A stretch of DNA of 64,000 nt from the human T2T-CHM13v2.0 reference genome, Homo sapiens: assembly GCF_009914755.1 (NCBI RefSeq), contig NC_060936.1, one strand, 5' to 3'. The position numbers and the translations under genes were made by a program. Below, piece by piece: positions 58,956 to 64,000 of the stretch; the first letter of the stretch is position 1; every line of letters begins with the position of its first letter. The notes under the pieces were generated by a model, which saw only the letters and a program-made list of their open reading frames with translations, ran no database searches and was not told where the DNA came from.

Positions 58956-59554
58956 GTCTAGATGACCTTGACAGCAGTATAGCTGGCCTGTCTGCCTTCA
59001 GGCTTTCCACACTCCACATTATATGCCCAACCAGCCAGCTGTTAGTAATCATTTTAAAAATAATTTACTGCCTACTTTATCAAACTAGCTGTGAAGCGTT
59101 TGACTGTACGTTGAACTATAGCCAAGTGTGCTGTATTTCTGCACTCATGAGTGAGCACTTCGTTGTCATACTTCATTGTCCTGGAATTTCTCTGTTCCTG
59201 TTTTTATTAGTGGGGAAAACTCTGCTGTATTAATTTTGTTCACAGAATAAACAAATTTTTCTTTAATATATAAAAATAAACTAGAAAACATGTTTTACTG
59301 GTCACTTTTCAGGAAGAAATGCCTGTATATATTTTTTAAATTTTTTTTTTTAGGAACTTTCCATAGGGTGAATGATCCATGTTTGAATATAAAGTAATGA
59401 TTTTATTCAGTGCTTATAAACTGTATTCAATTGCATGGAGAAAAAAGAATACACTGACCTCTAATTTAAAAGTAAAGAGCTTTCTGGAGAGGTAACAGAA
59501 TAATAACTAATGGAGCTTTACAGTTTATAAGTGCTTTCATATAAATGACCTCAT

Positions 59555-59960
59555 TTGTCCCCACCAAAATCTCATGACAAATTGTAATCCCCAGTGTTGG
59601 AGGTAGGGTCGACTGGGAGGTGACTGGATCATGGGGGGTGGTCCTTCATGAATGGTATAGCACCATCTCCTGGTGCTGTTCTTACGATAGTGAGTGAGTT
59701 CTCTCGTGAGATCTGGTTGTTTAAAAGTATGCAGCACCTCCCCCTTCTCTCTCTCTTGGTCCTGGTCCTGCCATGTAAGATGCCTATGCTTCTGCTTTGC
59801 CTTCCGTCATGAGTAAAAACTCCCTGAAGCCTCCCCAGAAGCAGATGCCGCTATACTTCCTATAAAGCCTGGAGAATCATGAGCCAATTAAACCTATTTT
59901 CTGAAAAAATTACGCAGTCTCAGGTATTTCTTTATAGCAGTGAGAGAACAGACTAATACA
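59555..59960 (+). mobile_element. MST (MSTA/B) solo LTR, 5'-clipped, within a MIR
   Basis: tgtaatccccagtgttggagg...gagccaattaaacct...gactaataca; MIR remnants on both sides. Confidence 0.85.
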
Positions 59961-60657
59961 TCATCACTGTTATTTTAAAGAATAAGGAAATGAAGACTCA
60001 GAAGGATGAAGCAATGACCAACCCAGGTCATACAGTAGGTAAGCGAAAAACCAGGGCCTTTAACTTAAACTTTCTGACACTGTATCTCATAATCTTTCTC
60101 ATATGGTGAGTGGCTCTCCCAACATTACTGTTACATAAAAATTTAGGTCATGCGTGTAATTTTATCAAGTATCCCTCAATTCCTGGGACTTAAGTAATTG
60201 ATACACAGAACAGGTTAAATAGAGAGCCTTTTCTGAAAGGGTAAGGAAAAACAACATTGATGTTTCAGAACCAATGTGTGTTTATATCATGGAAAAAGCT
60301 AGAAATCCCAGTAGAAAAGTCTTTACAGAAGCACTACTTATCACTGTATACCTGGCTATATATAAATCATAGGTAGCATACTCCCCCTTTCCCTGAATTC
60401 TAATGAAAGCATTGTTCCAAATCTATTACAGCTATATAGTTTTTATAAAATGACCCATGGGGAAAATTCTTTCTAGAGTTTAAAAGCTGGAAAAGAGTTT
60501 CTTTCTCTACACGCCTTGATAATATTGTTATCAATATAATATTATATAATATTATAATGACAGTTCTATAGCCCACTTTTGTCTTGATTATCAAGAAGCT
60601 CAGAGTCAAGTTGTAGTCTTAGTTGTAGTCATTTTTCTTAATTTGGGTTTTCTAAAA

Positions 60658-61189
60658 TGTGATTGTTAATACTGAATGTCAATTTGATTGGACTGAAGGA
60701 TGCAAAGTATTGTTTCTGGGTGTCTCCGTGAGGGTGTTGCCAAAGGAGAGTAACATTTGAGTCAGTGGACTGGGAGAGGCAGATCACCCTCAATCTGGGT
60801 GGGCACGATCTAATCAGCTGCCAGCGTGGCTACAAAAAAGCAGGCAGAATAAAGTGGAATGGGCAGACTTGCTGAGTCTTCCGGCCTTCATCTGTCTCCT
60901 GTGCTGAATGCTTCCTGCCCTGAAACAACAGACTCCAGGTTCTTCAGCTTTGGACTCTTGGAGTTACACCAGTGATTTGCTAGGGGCTCTTGGGCCTTCG
61001 GCCACAGACTGAAGGCTGCACTGTCGGCTTCCGTACTTCTGAGATTTTGGGACTTGGACTGGCTTCCTCGCTTCTCAGCTTGCAGACAGCATATTGTGGG
61101 ACTTCACCTTGTGATCATGTGAGTCAATATTCCTTAATAAACTCCCCATCCATCCTATTAGTTCTGTCCCTCTAGAGAACCCTAATACA
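60658..61189 (+). mobile_element. MLT2A (MLT2A2-like) ERVL solo LTR
   Basis: tgtgattgttaatactgaatgtcaatttgattgg...gttctgtccctctagagaaccctaataca. Confidence 0.9.
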
Positions 61190-62273
61190 TGGATTATTTT
61201 CTTTGTTCTCCTTTTTACATTTTTCCTTTTATACTATCTAGTTCATACCTTTTACTACCGTTTCAATGGATTTTTATTTTACTGTAATTATATCTTTTTT
61301 TATAAGCCTCCTCAAATCTGTTTTGAAGATAGGCAGAGTATAAACATACAGAGTCCATTCTAAGGAACATGAGCATTTAGTCCATTGAAAGAACTAACAA
61401 TAGTATACCAGGTGCAAATGATCTATTTAATCTCTTGAGTAGCTTCCAGAGAAGAAATTTCTGCTGTAAGTGCACAGGGTAATAGAGTCCTGTTTTCTTT
61501 CTTTTATTCTTATAATAAAAGTTTGACATCACTATCACAACCATTTCATGTGTCAGTAACAGTAGATGATAGGTATTTGGTATTATACAACATTTGCTTG
61601 TGTTAAAATGAGCCCTGGTATTTCACGTATGTTTTATGATTGTGCACATTTGGTGTGATCCAAAGAGATAATAGTGGAATTTTCTATGGAAATTCTTGTT
61701 TGATACAGAATTATATCAGAAGTTGACACAAGAATCAATGTGTATATTGTCTAGGGTATATATCTTACATATATAATTATATCACATCTACAGTTCTGAT
61801 TATCATAGGAATATAATACACATGTCACACGGACAAACGTATTCATTTTCCTAATTGATGGCTACAGCAGAGAAAACCAGTGAGTATCATCTTTGAGAGA
61901 TAAAACCGTGGAAATGTCCTTTGTGGTATGATTAATACTAAAAGGGAAAGGGTAATTGGGTGAGAAGTTAGAAGGTGAACCAAAGGAAGACTAAGAACTT
62001 TTTGTACCGTCAATAAAACAAATCCAGACTTAGACACGGTGAGACGTAAAAAAACTACATCAACCTGGAGAATGTTCCTCCCTTAGGATTTTCAAGCCAC
62101 TCAAAAATCAATCAAAAAGGTTTTTCTTTTATAGGGACGGCTAAACAGAACTAGCAGAAACTTAGAGGTAAAATTGAGTGACAGGGCGGAGCTAAGCAGA
62201 CATCATGATGGGGATGATATAACAGGAAATGTTGCTGTGATCAGCTAATTTGGAATGAACTGTTAAGGTAGGG

Positions 62274-62710
62274 TGATATAGCTAGTGTTTTTGTTCCCTA
62301 GTGTATTGTTCAGTTTCACATTGAATTGTAATCCTCAGTGTTGGAGGTGGGGCCTGGTGGGAGGTTACTGGATCATGGGAGTGGATTTCTCATGAATGGT
62401 TTACCATCATCCCCTTGGTGCTATTCTCATGACAGTGAGTGAGTTCTCACAAAATCTAGTTGCTTAAAAGTGTTTGGTACCTCCCCCCTCTCTCGCTTGC
62501 TCCTACATTTGCTATACAAAGTGCCTGCTCCCGCTTTGACACCCTCTACCATGATTGTAAGCTTTCTGAGGCTTCCCTAGAACGCGAGCAGATGCCAGGA
62601 ACATGCTTCCTGTAAAGCCTGCAGAACCGTGAGCCAATTAAACCTCTTTTCTTTATAAATCACTCAGTCTCAGGTATTTCTTTATAGTAAGGCAAGAACA
62701 GCCTAACACA
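62274..62710 (+). mobile_element. MSTA solo LTR
   Basis: tgttggaggtggggcctggtgggagg...gatttctcatgaatggttt...cctaacaca; sits inside an older antisense LTR-like remnant (about 62100-62825). Confidence 0.9.
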
Positions 62711-63329
62711 GTGGGATGTTTACATTTTAGTGTTTGCTCAGATTTGGGGCAAGCCAAAAGTCAGGAGCCTGTGGGGAGGAGAGATGTCTGATTAAATCTT
62801 GATCAAGCCAAGTCAGTGGGCAAGAAATGGGCAATTGTGAGCATCTGGCCGGGATCTGCAACCTCATGAAAAGTATATACCATCAAAAGGCTAACTACTT
62901 GTTTGTCACATAAATTCTTATAAAAAGCTTAGTGGAGCCAAGAAGCAAGCTAAGTATAATAAGAGAAACTCTTCTTACCATTTGTATCACTAATGAGCAC
63001 ATAATTGCAGCTAGTCATGTAAGTCTCCTACAAATCAGCGTAAGGTTAATTAAGAGAGTTGAGACACTTAGGTGAAAGTCACTTTTGCTTATAGTAAAGA
63101 ACTTATCTATCTTACAGACACATATCACTTACATTATGTATTTGTTATATTAATATATTTAATATATTTAAAAAACATTGTAAAATGATGATCTGGCAAT
63201 ATCCCTAGAAGAACCTCATTGAAATACTTGAGATTTATTGGTCATTTGTCTTTACAAAATTGAGATTTGAAAAGCTTTAAAGGAGGACATTCTACCAAAG
63301 CATAACTCATAAAACAGAAGATAAAAGTA

Positions 63330-63490
63330 TGAGCCATGGAATTATAGAGCTGGAAAAGATCTAGCCCTACTGTTTCATTTTCAAATGAGGAAATTGAGGG
63401 TTATTCTAAGGGGTTGTTTTTTTAAGTCATACAGTAAGTTGGTGCAGACGGAGGAGTAGCAATCAGATCTCTGAGCTCTTTTCCTCTTTG
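63330..63490 (-). mobile_element. MIR/MIR3 fragment
   Basis: tagagctggaaaagatct...cattttcaaatgaggaaattgagg. Confidence 0.6.
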
Positions 63491-64000
63491 ACAATGAAGT
63501 TCACGAATGCAATTTTGTTTCATAAGTTATTTACTTTACTAAAGTAAAGTAAGGTACAGCTATGATTTATTGTTAAATGAGAAGAATGAGTGTCAGAGAA
63601 CTGTATATGGCATGATTTCATGTTCTTAAAATACAAACAATATTTGTCAATCTATCTATCTATCTATATTGATTTATTTATCTTCTATCTGTATGTGATT
63701 GAATGAAATTGGAGAAATGAGTGGAAGCATATACACCACACTAACATTGAACATTTACAAGAAGGGTAAAAAAAGGAGTAAGAAAAAAGGAAGCAAAATA
63801 GAATTTGGTAAAATGGTATGTGAAAGTGAAGATTGCAAAACTTTTATCCATAAAATTATTAATACATAAAAATTGAATGTGCACATAGACGAAGACTAGA
63901 AAGTCACTAGGATATACATACAACAAGAACATAAACAAAAGAACATATTATTTTGACCAGGGGTTTATTAAAAATAAAAATAAAAACAAGTCCAATGACT

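Noticed and set aside
63649-63668. (TCTA)n tract
   Set aside because: An ordinary short microsatellite.

Overview
This is primate (human-like) genomic DNA: AT-rich, CpG-depleted, with no CpG island. It is dominated by transposable-element fossils. I find no intact protein-coding gene, RNA gene or prokaryotic feature; nearly all ORF-track hits are L1/Alu/MaLR/Tigger/ERV remnants or chance ORFs. Main elements: an old 5'-truncated L1M (0.3-3.5 kb); a near-complete Tigger4/Zombi transposon with nested Alu and MSTB (10.5-13.8 kb); a full-length but disabled L1PA7-like LINE (20.7-27.1 kb); a complete two-LTR endogenous retrovirus (40244-46861; LTR47-like LTRs, tRNA-Arg PBS, PPT, 4-bp TSD); a complete THE1 MaLR element (49.6-51.6 kb); 11 Alus; and many solo LTRs, MIR, L2, CR1 and DNA-transposon fragments. 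The most unusual structures lie inside the provirus: a MER61 LTR-PBS-partial-LTR insertion, a MADE1 hairpin and a 28-bp templated copy. There is also one candidate non-coding exon on the minus strand (5812-6064). I see no evidence for a novel multi-gene system. Subfamily names are from recalled consensus sequences and need RepeatMasker/Dfam confirmation.
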